Assembly (NCBI RefSeq): GCF_033153115.1
Contig: NW_026889778.1
Location: 44,206,001 to 44,270,000, forward strand
DNA length: 64,000 nt
From: Saccostrea echinata
Lineage: Eukaryota
Direction of reading: 5' to 3'
A program made the translations under genes and the position numbers. The notes beneath the pieces were generated by a model, which was not told the origin of the DNA, did not search any database, and saw nothing but the letters and a program-made list of their open reading frames with translations. Positions 63,784-64,000 of the stretch are shown in pieces; within the stretch, counting starts at the first letter, position 1; each line of letters begins with the position of its first letter.

Positions 63784-64000
63784 AGACATTATGAAAATAT
63801 TATAGATTTTAGATTTATGCTGTATATTAAATTAAACCATATGCAATTTAATATTGTTATGGGATTTCTCAGTAATGCACTATGCAGTGACAATATATTG
63901 TATGTATTTAAAAGAGGAACGGCAAACATTTACACTTTTTAAGATCAAATTTAAGGATGTGAGCTTCAATGGGGGTGGGGGGGGGTGGGGGGGGGGGGTG

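Overview
AT-rich, repeat-dense eukaryotic DNA, most likely from an oyster or other bivalve (inferred from Cg170/HINE-type Helentron satellites, Meta-type tRNA SINEs and Naiad-like Penelope fragments). Host genes: two tandem, paralogous multi-exon genes on the + strand (23709-27842, 9 coding exons, about 519 aa; and 38645-43225). Both encode type I membrane proteins with a signal peptide, an ectodomain I cannot assign to a known family (11 positionally shared Cys, identical intron phases), a Gly-rich TM helix and a cytoplasmic tail with Tyr motifs, so they look like an undescribed immunoreceptor-like family. Mobile DNA: (1) a tyrosine-recombinase retrotransposon with Ngaro/PAT-type split direct repeats (15033-20692), with near-identical repeats, decayed ORFs, an upstream SGNH hydrolase and a 40-bp hairpin array; (2) a 13-kb nest built on an ISL2EU transposon (DDE transposase plus SWIM/YqaJ ORF) holding a Tx1/L1 LINE with a 15-bp TSD, a Neptune-like Penelope with minimal hammerhead ribozymes in inverted pLTRs, three TIR elements and a pogo fragment; (3) several HINE/Helentron satellites, SINEs, MITEs and microsatellites. 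There are five N runs of 140-188 nt. All calls are from manual reading; no database searches were run.
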